A stretch of 64,000 bases of DNA, from assembly GCA_035193785.1 (NCBI GenBank), contig CP136572.1, positions 3,092,578 through 3,156,577 on the forward strand, written 5' to 3'. Below the pieces are notes generated by a model, which saw nothing but the letters and a program-made list of their open reading frames with translations, was not told where the DNA came from and ran no database searches. Positions 35,143 to 47,675 of this stretch are shown here, in pieces (positions within the stretch are counted from its first letter, which is position 1; each line of letters begins with the position of its first letter). The translations under genes and the position numbers were made by a program. Source of the DNA: Planktothrix sp. GU0601_MAG3 (GTDB taxonomy: Bacteria > Cyanobacteriota > Cyanobacteriia > Cyanobacteriales > Microcoleaceae).

Positions 35143-35889
35143 ATGAATCAGTCTAAAAAAAGTTTAGGTAAAGTATATTTAGTTGGTGCTGGGCCGGGAG
35201 ATCCTGGTCTGTTAACAGTTAAAGGAAAAACCCTATTAGAATTAGCAAATGTGGTAATTTATGATTCCTTAGTTAGTGACCAAATCTTGGATTTAATTAA
35301 CCCGGAAGCCGAAAAAATTAATGCCGGAAAACGGCGAGGCAAACATTCATTATTACAGGAAGAAACAACTCAATTATTAATTGAAAAAGCTCAAATTCAT
35401 CCGATTGTTGTCCGATTAAAAGGGGGAGATCCGTTTATTTTTGGTCGCGGTGGGGAGGAAATGCAAGACTTAATTAAAGCTGGAATTTATGTGGAAGTTG
35501 TCCCCGGAATTACTTCGGGAATTGCGGCGCCTGCTTATGCGGGGATTCCCTTAACCCATCGAGATCATAGTTCATCAGTTACCTTTGTAACGGGTCATGA
35601 AACCGCCGGAAAATATCGCCCGCAGGTGAATTGGGAAGCGATCGCCAAGGGTTCAGAAACTATTGTAATTTATATGGGGGTTCACAATTTACCCTATATT
35701 ATTCAACAGTTAACTAATGCTGGACAGCCCCTAGAGACTCCGATTGCCTTAATTCGTTGGGGAACTCGACCGGAGCAGGAGGAGTTAATTGCTACCTTAG
35801 AAACGATTGTTCAAAAAGTAGCAGAAACTGGTTTTGAAGCTCCGGCGATCGCTGTCATTGGTTCAGTTGTTAATTTAAAAAATTGTTAA
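35143..35889 (+). CDS. cobA: uroporphyrinogen-III C-methyltransferase
   Basis: GKVYLVGAGPGDPGLLT, VRLKGGDPFIFGRGGEE, VPGITS. Confidence 0.93.
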   Translation: MNQSKKSLGKVYLVGAGPGDPGLLTVKGKTLLELANVVIYDSLVSDQILDLINPEAEKINAGKRRGKHSLLQEETTQLLIEKAQIHPIVVRLKGGDPFIFGRGGEEMQDLIKAGIYVEVVPGITSGIAAPAYAGIPLTHRDHSSSVTFVTGHETAGKYRPQVNWEAIAKGSETIVIYMGVHNLPYIIQQLTNAGQPLETPIALIRWGTRPEQEELIATLETIVQKVAETGFEAPAIAVIGSVVNLKNC

Positions 35890-35912
35890 CTTTTGACCGA
35901 GTTTTCTAATAA

Positions 35913-36537
35913 CTAATCTCCTAAATTCATTTGACCTTGAAATCCGGTAATAATTCGTTGTCCATCTTTAAGAATATGAATTTCAATTTGATCAGATGCC
36001 CAAGTTAATTGATTTTGCAAAGCCGGATTAAAAACATGAACCCGTTGATTGCGAGAAGATACCAAAGAATTAGGAGAATGAATTGCTAAGGATTCGGTAT
36101 AGGGCCCATCAATTAAAATATCCAATTCCCCTAGTAACTCTTGGGCGTGAGGGGGGGCTTTTGGAGATTTTAATTCGGCTAATGTAAACCCGCTAAAAGA
36201 CATGACATTAAACCCTTTTGATTTGACGATTTTCGCTAATTTTGCTAGAGCTTCAGCTTGCAAAAAGGGCTCACCGCCGGAAAATGTTACTCCTTGATTT
36301 CGAGAATTTTGTAAAATTTGTTCGGCTAAATCCTCAACGGAAATTAACTGATTGGGTTGAAATGACCAAGATTCGGGGTTGAAACATCCCGGACATTCCC
36401 GCAAACACCCTTGAAACCCAAACCACCGCCCGACATCCGGGGCCGTTCACCTCGGATTCATCGACATAACCCATAATGTTGAGATATCCTGGTGGAATTA
36501 ATTGGTCAGAGGGGGGCAAATTATTAACTGTTTTCAT
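35913..36537 (-). CDS. NrdG-like radical SAM activating protein (split near 36414)
   Basis: Repaired NGPGCRAVVWVQGCLRECPGCFN (CxxxCxxC); GVTFSGGEPF; LIDGPY; SRNQR. Confidence 0.85.
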
Positions 36538-36773
36538 CCCGTTTTCCTCAATTTTATTTGATAGTTAAGGGCTGTAAATCTTGATCTCTAGCTTGGCTTA
36601 ATTTTTTAGAATTTATGCTAATATTAATGATTTTTATAGATTTTTTGATGAGATTTGGCAATAATAAGCTGAATCAAAAGATGAGCTAAGGTGTTTTTTA
36701 TTTCTATTTTGGTAAGGTTTAGGTATATTATCAAAAATAGTTCTAATTTTATCTAAAATTAAAATAGGAAAAA

Positions 36774-37454
36774 ATGAGAATTTTATTAGTTGAAGATGAG
36801 GAAAGAATTACAAAAGCCTTAGCAGAAGCCCTAATGGATCATCATTATGTGGTGGATGTCGTCCATGATGGTCAGATGGGGTGGGAGTTTGCAGAATCGG
36901 CTGCTTATGATGTGATTATATTAGATGTGATGTTACCTCGACTGAATGGGATTGAGTTTTGTCAACGATTAAGACAACAGGGAAAAACCACACCTGTATT
37001 GATGTTAACGGCAAAAGATACCAGTGCTGATAAGGTTTTAGGCTTAGATGTGGGAGCGGATGATTATGTGATTAAACCCTTTGATTTACAGGAGTTATTA
37101 GCAAGGGTTCGGGCTTTATTAAGACGGGGAAATTCATCTTTACCTCCGGTGTTAGAATGGGGAAGTCTTCGCCTAGATCCAAATAGTTGTGAGGTGACGT
37201 ATGCAGGAAAACTTCTATCTTTAACTCCTAAAGAGTATGGTTTATTGGAGTTATTCTTACGCAGTCCGGGACGAGTGCTTTCGCGGGAAATAATTGTAGA
37301 GCATCTCTGGTCTTTTGAAGATATTCCGGGTGAAGATACGGTCAAAACCCATATCAAAAGATTAAGGCAAAAACTCAAAACAGTCGGCGTACCTTCTACA
37401 TTAATTGAAACAGTTTATGGCTTGGGATATCGGCTCAACACGCAACGTAATTAA
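36774..37454 (+). CDS. OmpR-family response regulator
   Basis: MRILLVEDE, LDVMLP, GADDYVIKPF, IETVYGLGY. Confidence 0.95.
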   Translation: MRILLVEDEERITKALAEALMDHHYVVDVVHDGQMGWEFAESAAYDVIILDVMLPRLNGIEFCQRLRQQGKTTPVLMLTAKDTSADKVLGLDVGADDYVIKPFDLQELLARVRALLRRGNSSLPPVLEWGSLRLDPNSCEVTYAGKLLSLTPKEYGLLELFLRSPGRVLSREIIVEHLWSFEDIPGEDTVKTHIKRLRQKLKTVGVPSTLIETVYGLGYRLNTQRN

Positions 37455-38752
37455 CCCCCAATTTCGAGCTTTAAGTTGGCGACTCTTGCTATCTTATTTA
37501 GGGGTAATGATGGCAATTTCAGGAATATCAATGATTGCTGTATATGAATTTTTTAGGTTTAGTTTATATCAACAATTAGATCGTCAATTGCTAATATTAG
37601 CAGATGCGGCTACCCATAGTTTCTCGGAGGTTAAAAAACATAAAAAAGCATTTGAAACCGAAGATTTTAGAAGATTAGATGATGATAATGATTTAGATCT
37701 TCCCTGGCAAAATATTCAGCAACCCAGTCAGGGAATTGAATGGTTTGATGAGAAACCGCCAACTGATTGCTAAAGCCGGAAAAGTGTTTCCTCCTATTGA
37801 TTTATCCCATTATCATTGGACTTATATCGTTAACGGCAAAAAAATTCGCACCCTAACTTTACAGATTAATAGAGAAACAGAATCCCAAAAACAGATGCTC
37901 GGTTATGTCCGGATCAGTGAGTCTACAAAACCCCTGGAAAGGCTGTTAACAAAATTAAGATTAGTAATGATGTTAGGGGGAATATTAGTATCAGGATTAA
38001 CGGCTTTTGGAGGAATGTGGTTAACCAGACAATCGTTAAAACCTATTGAACAAAGTTTTGAAAAACTTAAACAATTTACCGCCGATGCTTCCCATGAATT
38101 GAGAAATCCTTTGGCTGGAATTAGGACTTGTGTGGAAGTTATGCAAAGTCATCCAGAACGAATTCATCCTGCTGATATTGATAAATTAAAGGCGATCGCC
38201 AGTGGCGTACATCAAATGACTAGCTTAGTGGAAGATTTATTACTTTTGGCTCGCACGGATCAAGATTCTATTCACCTAGCCACAGATTGGGTAATTATTC
38301 CCTTGAATGAATTATTAGAAGATTTGGTAGAATTTCTCTTTTATCAAGCTGAAGAAAAGGGAGTGGAATTAATCTTAGATATGAAGACTGAAATTAAAAT
38401 CAAAGGAGTGGGAAATCAACTTTGGCGATTATTTTTAAACTTAATTGAAAATGCGATTTATTATACTGATACTGGAGGAAAAGTGGTGGTATGCTTGGAA
38501 CATCGAGAGAAATGCGTTTGGGTGCAAATAGAAGACACTGGAATCGGAATTTCTCCTGAACAATTACCCTTAATTTTTGATCGGTTGTGGCGTGCTGATC
38601 AAGCTAGAAATCGTAGAAAAGGAGGATCGGGGTTAGGGTTAGCGATCGCTCAAACCTTAGCTCAAAATCATCAAGGAGAAATCACGGTTACCAGTCAGTT
38701 AGGGAAGGGTAGCCGTTTTTCCGTGCGTTTTCCCACTCTGGCTAACACCTAA
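37417..38752 (+). CDS. sensor histidine kinase (split near 37753; start uncertain)
   Basis: Two TM segments; FTADASHELRNP, NLIENAIYY, DTGIGI, GGSGLGLAIA. Confidence 0.9.
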
Positions 38753-38791
38753 TACCCAATTAAAATCATACTTTAATAGGTAGTATCTGGA

Positions 38792-38826
38792 TTTGTCACC
38801 AGTTTGTCACTTTTTAGTTTTATTCT
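38792..38826 (+). promoter_or_regulatory. candidate OmpR-type binding site and -10 element
   Basis: TTTGTCAC direct repeat with 11-bp period (38792, 38803), followed by TATTCT at 38821. Confidence 0.5.
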
Positions 38827-38949
38827 TAAATTCAGGGTTAGGATAATCGTCTTTCTGGTGTCATATTAAGAGGTCTTCTCTTGCTCCAGTCCCTAACTGT
38901 AGAGACGTAGAAACTTTACATCTCCACAAGTATATAATTATTTAGGTTA

Positions 38950-39543
38950 ATGATAATGCAAAATATCCAATTTCGGAAATTTCATCGCAAAATTGCACCG
39001 ATTATATTTATTCCTTTATTTTTAACTGGTTTTACCGGAATGGCTTACCGTCTGGGCAGGACTTGGATGGGAATGCCAAAAGATAAAGCAAATATTTTTC
39101 TGATGATTCATCAAGGAGAATTTTTAGGAGAGCCCCTAGTTCCTATTTATGTATTATCGGTGGGTTTGGGATTAATTGCCATGCTGGTCACGGGATTAAC
39201 AATGGTTCGGTTAGCACAACAAAAACGTAAAAATCCCCCCAAAGATCAGCCTTTAAATAATAGAAAAGTTCATCAAATTTTAGCCCCAATTGTATTTTTA
39301 CCCCTATTTGTAAGTGCGTCAACGGGCATTTTGTATCGACTTGGTGAGGATTGGTTTGGTATGTCGAGTGATGCTTCTGAATTCTTGCTGGGAATTCATC
39401 AAGGTTCGTATTTTGGCAAATTCGGAAGATCGATTTACATTGCTTTAATTGGTGCAGGATTAATTGGAATGTTAATTACAGGAATTAATATGACAGGAAT
39501 TTTTCGTAAAAAACGGGTTAAAGCTTCTTCAGAAGAATCTTAA
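38950..39543 (+). CDS. PepSY-associated TM-helix membrane protein (internally duplicated)
   Basis: Two copies of RK.H...API.F.PL.....TG..YRLG..W.G......L.IHQG. Confidence 0.7.
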   Translation: MIMQNIQFRKFHRKIAPIIFIPLFLTGFTGMAYRLGRTWMGMPKDKANIFLMIHQGEFLGEPLVPIYVLSVGLGLIAMLVTGLTMVRLAQQKRKNPPKDQPLNNRKVHQILAPIVFLPLFVSASTGILYRLGEDWFGMSSDASEFLLGIHQGSYFGKFGRSIYIALIGAGLIGMLITGINMTGIFRKKRVKASSEES

Positions 39544-39550
39544 GCACCAT

Positions 39551-39579
39551 GTAGAGACGTTTCCATGGAACGTCTCTAC
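39551..39579. repeat. GTAGAGACG...CGTCTCTAC REP-like palindrome
   Basis: Related copies at ~25140-25165 and ~38899-38927. Confidence 0.7.
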
Positions 39580-39917
39580 TGGATTTCAGATTAGGTTAAT
39601 TATTTTTTTTGACAGGAATATATTTATAGCAAGTCTAAAGTTAACGATTCAATTGATATCGCACCCACTGCCGAAAGGAATAGGGAATAGGGAATAGGGA
39701 ATAGGGAACAGGGAATAGTAAGTTATGAGCAGGTTACAAGGTTTAGTATTGTCCTAACCCTAATTGGTAGTGCTATAATTAATATTGATCTTTGTAAAGA
39801 TAGCCACAATAACTGCTATATTTAAAACCCAGTTCTAAGTAAAAATAGTAGATTTTACCATTCAATCTTTACTTAAAAACTGGGTTTCTAGCTCAAAATT
39901 TAGGATTTCTGAAAAAA

Positions 39918-41832
39918 TCAACTTACTTTAGAGGGTTGTTTTTTCTGGACAAAAAAGGCTTCCCGAATTTGTTCCGCAATTTGAGAACTGGTTAACCCTA
40001 AATCAGCAAAAGATTCATTGGGTTCGGCATGATCGACTAAAATATCAGGAACCCCGAAACGCTTCACAGGAACCACAACATTATTATCTAATAATGCTTC
40101 GGCTACGGCGGAACCAAAACCACCCATTAAACAACCTTCTTCTATAGTTACAACTTTACCAATTTGTTTGGCTAAAGGTGCAATTAATTCCACATCCAAA
40201 GGTTTAACAAAACGGGGGTTAATAACAGTAGCTTCAATGCCATGTTCACTGAGAATTTCTGCTACCTGCATGGACATATTCACCATACTGCCATAACCCA
40301 TTAATAGCAGATCATCCCCATGTCTTAAAATCTCTCCTTTGCCGATGGGTAAAGGTTCCCAACCTTCTTCCATTAAGGGAACACCCAACCCCGATCCGCG
40401 AGGATAACGCATGGCAATAGGGCCGTTTGTATGCTCAATTCCGGTGACTAACATCCGTTGTAATTCGGCTTCATCTTTGGGAGCCATAATTACTAAATTG
40501 GGTAAACATCGCAGATAGGAAATATCATACATTCCCTGGTGAGTTGGGCCGTCTACCCCCACAATTCCCGCCCGATCTAAACAGAAGAAAACCGGGAGTT
40601 CTTGAATACAAACATCGTGAATAATTTGATCATAAGCCCGTTGTAAAAAGGTGGAATAAATCGCTACAACTGGACGCATTCCTTCGGTGGCTAAACCCGC
40701 AGCCATAGTTACGGCGTGTTGTTCAGCAATACCAACATCAATATATTGTTTGGGCAGTTTTTTCTGGAGAATATCTAACCCAGTTCCCGTTGCCATTGCT
40801 GCGGTAATTCCCACAATTCGAGGGTCATTTTCACCTAATTTGACTAGGGTTTCCCCAAAGACTTTGGAATAACTGGGGGGTTTGGGTTTACTCGCCGGAA
40901 CAGCTTTTCCTGTAGCTAAATTAAAGGGGTTTTGAGCATGATAACCGACTTGATCTTTTTCGGCGATCGCATAGCCTTTTCCTTTCACCGTGGCGACGTG
41001 AACTAACACTGGCCCGGGTATTTTATGGGCTTGCTGAAAGGTCTTAATTAATTCGGGTAAATCATGACCATCTACGGGCCCAACATAGGTAAAACCTAAT
41101 TCTTCAAACACCGCCCCAACTTTAGGGACAGCCAGGCGTTTCATGCCTTCTTTCATCCGTTCCATTTCGGGGGTAAAAGCTTCTCCCACAAAGGGTAAAT
41201 GTTTAAATTGCTCTTCTAAATTATCCGTCAGAAATTGAACCGGATCACTGAGGCGCATTTTATTCAAATAACGAGAAATTGCCCCCACATTGGGAGAAAT
41301 TGACATCTCGTTATCGTTGAGAACTACCATTAAATTGGTATTAGGTAAATGTCCGGCGTGGTTAATAGCTTCTAGGGCCATGCCTCCGGTTAAAGCCCCA
41401 TCCCCAATAATGGCAACAACTTTGAAATTTTCTCCTTTCATATCCCGGGCGATCGCCATTCCTAGACCCGCAGAAATACTGGTAGAAGCGTGTCCGGCTC
41501 CAAAATGATCGAATTTGTTTTCGCCGCGTTTTAAATAGCCTGCAACGCCCTCTTTTTGCCTTAAAGTATGGAAATTTTGATAGCGTCCAGTGATTAATTT
41601 ATGGGGATAGGCCTGATGTCCGACATCCCAAATCACTTTATCTCGATCTAAGTCCAGGGTTTGATATAAGCCTAACGTCAGTTTCCACAACCCCCAACCC
41701 TGGCCCTAAATGTCCTCCGGTGGCGGCAACGGTTTCTAGGTGTTTTTCCCTGATCTGGCGGGCAATTTGTTCGAGTTGGTGGATCGACAACCCATGGAGT
41801 TGATTGGGATGAGTAATTTCACTTAGGTGCAT
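39918..41832 (-). CDS. dxs: 1-deoxy-D-xylulose-5-phosphate synthase (split near 41682)
   Basis: [52 protein letters not shown]. Confidence 0.97.
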
Positions 41833-41886
41833 ATTCGTTAAATGTCTGCATTTACTATAAATGTCATGGTAGCACCGGACGAGGTA

Positions 41887-42000
41887 GGGAGTGGGGGGAG
41901 CGGGGGGAGCAGGGGGAGCAGGGGGAGCAGGGGGAGCAGGGGGAGCAGGGGGAGCAGGGGGAGCAGGGGGAGCAGGGGGAGCAGGGGGAGTGGGGGGGGG
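41887..42000. repeat. G-rich 9-mer tandem array (GGGGGAGCA)n
   Basis: About 11 units upstream of dxs. Confidence 0.9.
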
Positions 42001-42024
42001 AGTGTCCTGGCTTGCTCAATCATT

Positions 42025-42423
42025 TTATTTTGTAGGAATATAAGATTTAAGCTGAGTATCAATATTTTTAATATGGTTGACAAACCAATCTACTAACTCT
42101 TGCTTAACTTGAGTCCGAATTAAATGTAAAGGGTGCTTTTTCTCGATTTTCTGATTAATATCTTGCAGGGTATTTAAGAAACTACTATGGGCTTTTTTAT
42201 TGTCGCAAGCAACGGGACATTTATAGTTATCCATGCAGGATTCTTCATAATTAAAGTGATTATTCGTATACATTTTTAGGAATCCCATAATTGATCGAAT
42301 TTCTTGATCGCCTTTGTGATTGTCCATAGCAGTTAATAACTGATCCATTTGATCTAATAACTGTTCATGTTGACAGTCTAGTAAGGGGATACCAATTTTT
42401 AAAGACTCATTCCATGTTCTCAT
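42025..42423 (-). CDS. bacteriohemerythrin
   Basis: W...GI...D.QH, HFNYEE, AH..F, WFVNHI...D. Confidence 0.85.
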   Translation of the reverse strand: MRTWNESLKIGIPLLDCQHEQLLDQMDQLLTAMDNHKGDQEIRSIMGFLKMYTNNHFNYEESCMDNYKCPVACDNKKAHSSFLNTLQDINQKIEKKHPLHLIRTQVKQELVDWFVNHIKNIDTQLKSYIPTK

Positions 42424-42638
42424 ATTTTTATCCTAACTTTGGGGCTGGAGTGTCAACTTAAGGCGACCGTTTACTAAAGCCGAATTTTAATCCTTGATCG
42501 GCAACTAAGCCCAGATTTTCATATAAATTTAATGATTTGATTTTGGTTTTAATCAGCTTGATTAATTCTTGTTTAACTGTCTTACTGTTATCTGTTCCCT
42601 TTCTCAAATACTAATCTAGCAGACTCAGTACCTAAGAA

Positions 42639-44637
42639 CTATTTTTTGCCGATCAACCAATAGGTAGTCATTTCTCCTTTTCCTTTGATGGAAATTATAC
42701 CCCGTTTTTCAAAATTATATTGATCTTTAATTCGGTGATAAGTGGCTTCTGTAACTTGAATTTGTCCAGCTTCACCGGAGGATTCCATGCGGGAAGCAAT
42801 ATTAACAGCATCCCCCCATAAATCATAAATAAACTTTTTAATTCCGATGACTCCAGCTACTACAGATCCGGTATTAATCCCAATTCTAATTTGAAATTGA
42901 GAGTCGATATTAAATCTTTCTAAAGGGACTTTAAATTCCGCCATGGCGGCTTGCATTCCTAAAGCCATATCGGCGATCGCCTCTGCATGATTGGCTTTGG
43001 GTAAGGGCAAACCTCCGACCACCATATAAGCGTCGCCAATGGTTTTGATTTTTTCTAAGCCATTTTTTTCGGCTAAATGATCAAAAATCGAAAACATTTC
43101 ATTCAGAACATTAACTAATTCTATCGGGGGAATTTGGGAAGATAGGGGGGTAAATCCCACCACATCGGCAAATAAAATAGTGACTTCTTCAATCGCAGAA
43201 GCGATGGCTTTTGTATTATGTTTGAGTTGGTTGGCGATGACTTCGGGTAAAATATTTAATAATAATTGTTCCGATCTTTCCTTTTCTAATCTTAAATCGG
43301 CGGTGCGTTCTTCGACTCTTTGCTCTAATTCAGCATTGGTTTTTTCTAACTCATTAAAAGAGGCTTTTAACTGTTGGGTCATGGTATTAAAAGAATTAGC
43401 TAAAATCCCTAATTCCTTAATCGGTTCGACGGGAATGGTTTGTTCTAATTCTCCACTGGCGATCGCTTGACTGGCTTGACTCAGCCGCAAAATTGGGGTA
43501 CTAATCCAACGGGCGGTAAAAATGCCGCATAAGGTGGCAACTAATAACGCCACAATACATAATAAAATAGTTGTCCGAGTATTAGCATGAATTTCCGCCA
43601 TGAAATCCGATTCTGGTACGACAACGATAATTAACCAATTAATTCCCCGTTGATCAGATAGGGGAGTGACTTGTAAATATTGTTGTTTTCCATTAATCTC
43701 AAAGGTCAGTTGAGTTGAGGTTTTAATCTGATCTAAATTACCAAAATAGTTGAGTAAATAACGGGAGGTGGCTTGAGTTAAAATATCACTACTTTTAATC
43801 CCTTTAATCCGTTCGGTATCCTTCTCTTTTTCATGCACAATAAAGGTTTCTTCTAGGGTTGAGGTGGCGACTAAATATCCATTTCTTTCTAGGACAAAGG
43901 TTTGTCCAGTTTTGCCAATTTTTAAACGGTTTAGAAATTGACTAATGCGTTTCTAAGGTTAAATCGGTACTCGCTACGCCTAATAGTTGTTTATTGCGAT
44001 TATAAATAGGTTGGTTGGCGGAAATTACTAAAACTTTAGAACCAAAATAAGCATAAATTTCACTCCAAACGGGTTTTCCCGCCTTCACCCCCGCCTCATA
44101 CCAAGGACGAACTCTAGGATCATAATTTTTTCTAACACTTAATAATTCTTGGCGATCGCCTTGATTATTGGTTAACCATTTATGAAATTTTCCGGCGGTA
44201 CTTTTATCAACAATATCAAATTCGATCGTCCCATCATCATTGCGATTAGCTCCCACATAATAACCATTTTGTAACCCAATTCCAATATAACTGGCGGTTT
44301 TAAATTGTTTTAATTGACTCCAGAGATATTTTTCCATCTGGGGAACATTATCAACACTAATTAATCCCATTCTCAGGGTATCAACATTAATTTGATTGAT
44401 GACGTGGGGGGTTTCTAAATAAGTATTAAGTTCCTGTTGGATGCGGTTGCTTAATTCAATTCTTAATTGAGTTGCTAAATCATTAACGGCGATCGAACCA
44501 TTTCTAAAAGACAACCATCCCGTTAGTCCAACGGATGCAAAAATTTGGATCAAAAAAGGAACCACAAAAACCACCCGCAGGGACAGTTTAGGTGCTTTAT
44601 TCTTGAATCCCAATAGACGACGAGATAGAGATGCCAT
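42639..44637 (-). CDS. membrane adenylate/guanylate cyclase with Cache and HAMP domains (split near 43950)
   Basis: YDPRVRPWY (Cache), HAMP domain, LLLNILP, LFADVVGFT, KTIGDAYM, YDLWGDAVNIASRMES. Confidence 0.9.
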
Positions 44638-44718
44638 AGTGATTGTCCCTGAATCAAAATCAACGATTCGCACCTAATCCCATTAGTTAGCGGTTTTTAA
44701 GGGGTGATTGCCTTGATT

Positions 44719-45408
44719 TTAACGAATTATTATTGGATTTGGGTAGTTAATTTCTCGCCTAGTTTGGGTTTCTGTCCCTTTGAGAATTCGCTCAATATTA
44801 CTGCGGTGTCGCCAGATGACGTAAATTCCCCCGGCGATCGCAAAAATTTGATAGGCCAGAGGTTCCCCAGTTATAATCATTAAAATGGCAATTCCCATCG
44901 CCCCGACAATTGAACTTAGGGAAACAATTCGAGAAATTGCTAAAACTAGGGCAAAAATTCCTAGGGTTGCTAGGGCTAATTTCCAATCTAAGGCGAATAA
45001 AATTCCCAGACTAGAAGCCACGGATTTTCCTCCTTTCCAGCCGATCCAAATGGATTTTGTATGACCAATAATTACAATTAATCCAGCTAGAATAGCTATC
45101 CAATATTGTAATAGATCGGGATTTTGAATTCCGGCATGGGTAGCTATTTCGGAGGTAAAAGAGAGGGAATAAGTCCAAAAAACCAGAATAACCGCTAAGG
45201 TTCCTTTTAAAATATCAATCAATAAAACCAGTAAGGCTGGGAGTTTTCCTAAAGTTCGCAGGATATTAGTGGCCCCGGTGGAACCGGAACCCTCGGCTAA
45301 CATATCAACTCCATAAAACCAGCGTCCGATGGCGTATCCCGTGGGGATGGAACCTAGGAAATAGGCCGTTACTAATAATCCGGTATTAATTAATAACCAT
45401 TCAATCAT
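44719..45408 (-). CDS. plsY: glycerol-3-phosphate acyltransferase PlsY
   Basis: YFLGSIPTGY, GSGSTGATN, GGKSVA, RHRSNIER. The true end is probably GTEPKLGEKLTTQIQ (~44731) after a +1 repair. Confidence 0.93.
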   Translation of the reverse strand: MIEWLLINTGLLVTAYFLGSIPTGYAIGRWFYGVDMLAEGSGSTGATNILRTLGKLPALLVLLIDILKGTLAVILVFWTYSLSFTSEIATHAGIQNPDLLQYWIAILAGLIVIIGHTKSIWIGWKGGKSVASSLGILFALDWKLALATLGIFALVLAISRIVSLSSIVGAMGIAILMIITGEPLAYQIFAIAGGIYVIWRHRSNIERILKGTETQTRREINYPNPIIIR

Positions 45409-45444
45409 TTTTAAAAGACCGTTATTTTAAAGTTGCTGAAGTTG

Positions 45445-46693
45445 TTAAAACCGTTCAATGGGTGGTTGTTGGGTTTGGGGGTCGGGAGCCAGGGCCAACC
45501 ACAGGGGAAATTGTAGTAAAGATAGACTGATTCTATCTTCCATATCATCAATAATAATGAAGGGTAAGCGCCCCTCTTTCACCAAACGATCGGCTTTTTG
45601 AGAAAGAACTTCCGCTTCTTCAAATAAAACAATTCCCTGTTCCGGGCCAAAATCCCGGCGGTCAATCCCTAAACAGTCTTGTAGACCGCGGCGCCATTCT
45701 CCTAACCGTTCGGGACTATTGGCTAAAACTAGGGTTCGTAGGCGGTTTCCATAGATATTTCTTAAGACAGAAATCGCAGCCGAGGCAACTAAGATATTCT
45801 GTAAACGACTGCCCATGGTGCGTAGGGCTCCCCGTCCACCTTGGTTAAAAAACCAATTGGAAACCCGTTTGGCGTGGATGGGTTCAAAGGTACGGCGCAG
45901 TTGCCAAGGGGGGCCATAATAGTCGGGAGCGCTGCGATATTGATCGAGGAGTTGGCGAATTTTCTGGGTTTGTTCGGCAAAACCCTGTTCGGAAAATTGC
46001 GGAGTGGCGGTGTTTTGAGGATTTTCTACGGGTATGATCACCTTGGTCACCTCTCGCTGTTGGGCTGGGATTGGGGGTTCGGGGGTGTTTTCCGGTATCA
46101 GTTCCAATTGTTCGGTGGTGGCGACTAAATCCTGTAAACTTCCGACTAGGTAATCCTTGAATCCCTGGACTCGGATGGCCAGTTCTTGGGAGACTCCGGC
46201 GAAGGAGGTACGCATTTCTTTTTGGATGCGATCGCGACGGCGTTCGAGTTTTTCGATTTCGATTTGTAAGGTTTGTTTGCGCTGTTCTAATTGATCTAAG
46301 GCGGAGGAGATCAATTTTCCCATGGACTGGGTTAATACCAGTTGTTCCTGTTGGATGCGATCATTGGTTGCTTGTAAGGTGGCAATTCTTTTTTGTAGTT
46401 CCTGTTCTTGAATCTGTAATCGTTTCACCCGTTGGTCTAACTGGGTGGTGACTTCTTCTATGGGTTTCGGACATCAGACGTTCGGACAAGCTCGGCGAGG
46501 TTGGGGTATTTGATCCCGGTTCAAGATTTTGGAGTTCGTTGGACTCCCAAGGGTCAGCAATGGGTAAGGGGTTCATATTAATCGAGTTCTCTGCGGTTTC
46601 TCCAATGGCGGAATTAGAGGGTGGCGTTGATGAAGATTTAGCCCCGCTTAGGGGTGGGTTTTGATCTCGGATTTGAGTTTCTTCTGAATTCAT
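45445..46693 (-). CDS. DUF3086 family coiled-coil protein (split near 46466)
   Basis: EMRTSFAGVSQELAIRVQGFKDYLVGSLQDL, PDYYGPPWQLRRTFE; adjacent to plsY. Confidence 0.8.
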
Positions 46694-46934
46694 GAAATTG
46701 ACAGTCCCGGTCTAAACACAAGGGGGTGTGCTGAGTCAAAGTATAGCGTTAACCTGTACGGTTATCGGGGTGTTTAGACAGGTTTGTTACCCTGACCTGT
46801 TAGAGTGATTGTAGCATTACTTCAACCTCTGACTTAATTCAATGACTGACTATAGAATCATCTGTATCGGCATGGCTTGGCTAAGGCACGTCCCTACACT
46901 GATAACTGATAATGCGGGTAATTGATCACTAAAA

Positions 46935-47576
46935 ATGGGAATAGAATTACGCAGTTACGTCTATTTAGATAATCTTCAACGGCAACACGCGGCCTATATT
47001 GGTACGGTGTCCCTGGGGTTTTTGCCCCTACCTGGGGATTCTTCTTTGTGGATTGAAGTTTCCCCGGGGATTGAAATTAACCGGATTACGGATATTGCTT
47101 TGAAAGCCACCTCGGTGCGTCCTGGGGTGTTGTTTATTGAGCGGCTTTATGGCCTTTTGGAAATTCATTCCAGCCGTCAGGGGGATACGATTACCGCCGG
47201 ACGGGCGATTTTGGATTTTTTGGGGTTAAGGGAAAGCGATCGCCTCAAACCTCAAATTATGTCCAGTCAAATTATTCGGAATCTTGACCCCCATCAAGCC
47301 CAATTAATTAATCGTAACCGTCGAGGGCAGTTAATTTTAGGGGGTCAAAGTTTATATATTTTAGAAGTTCAACCCGCGGCTTATGCGGCTTTAGCAGCGA
47401 ATGAAGCGGAAAAAGCGTCTTTAATTAATATTCTGCAAGTGACGGCCGTTGGGAGTTTTGGACGGCTATATTTAGGGGGAGAAGAACGGGATATTATGGT
47501 CGGTTCACAAGCGGCTTTAGAGGCAATTGAAAATGTATCTGGGCGAGCTTATGGAGGTAGTTTTAATCCCGAATAA
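46935..47576 (+). CDS. ccmP: carboxysome shell tandem-BMC protein CcmP
   Basis: [19 protein letters not shown]...[19 protein letters not shown]...[10 protein letters not shown]. Confidence 0.93.
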   Translation: MGIELRSYVYLDNLQRQHAAYIGTVSLGFLPLPGDSSLWIEVSPGIEINRITDIALKATSVRPGVLFIERLYGLLEIHSSRQGDTITAGRAILDFLGLRESDRLKPQIMSSQIIRNLDPHQAQLINRNRRGQLILGGQSLYILEVQPAAYAALAANEAEKASLINILQVTAVGSFGRLYLGGEERDIMVGSQAALEAIENVSGRAYGGSFNPE

Positions 47577-47675
47577 AGCTGATTTAAGTAAAGCCAATTT
47601 AAGGGCTGGTGTATGGTATATTTACTTCCCGTCCACTGGGAATATTACCTGAAGAATGATTACTCATAGAAAGAG

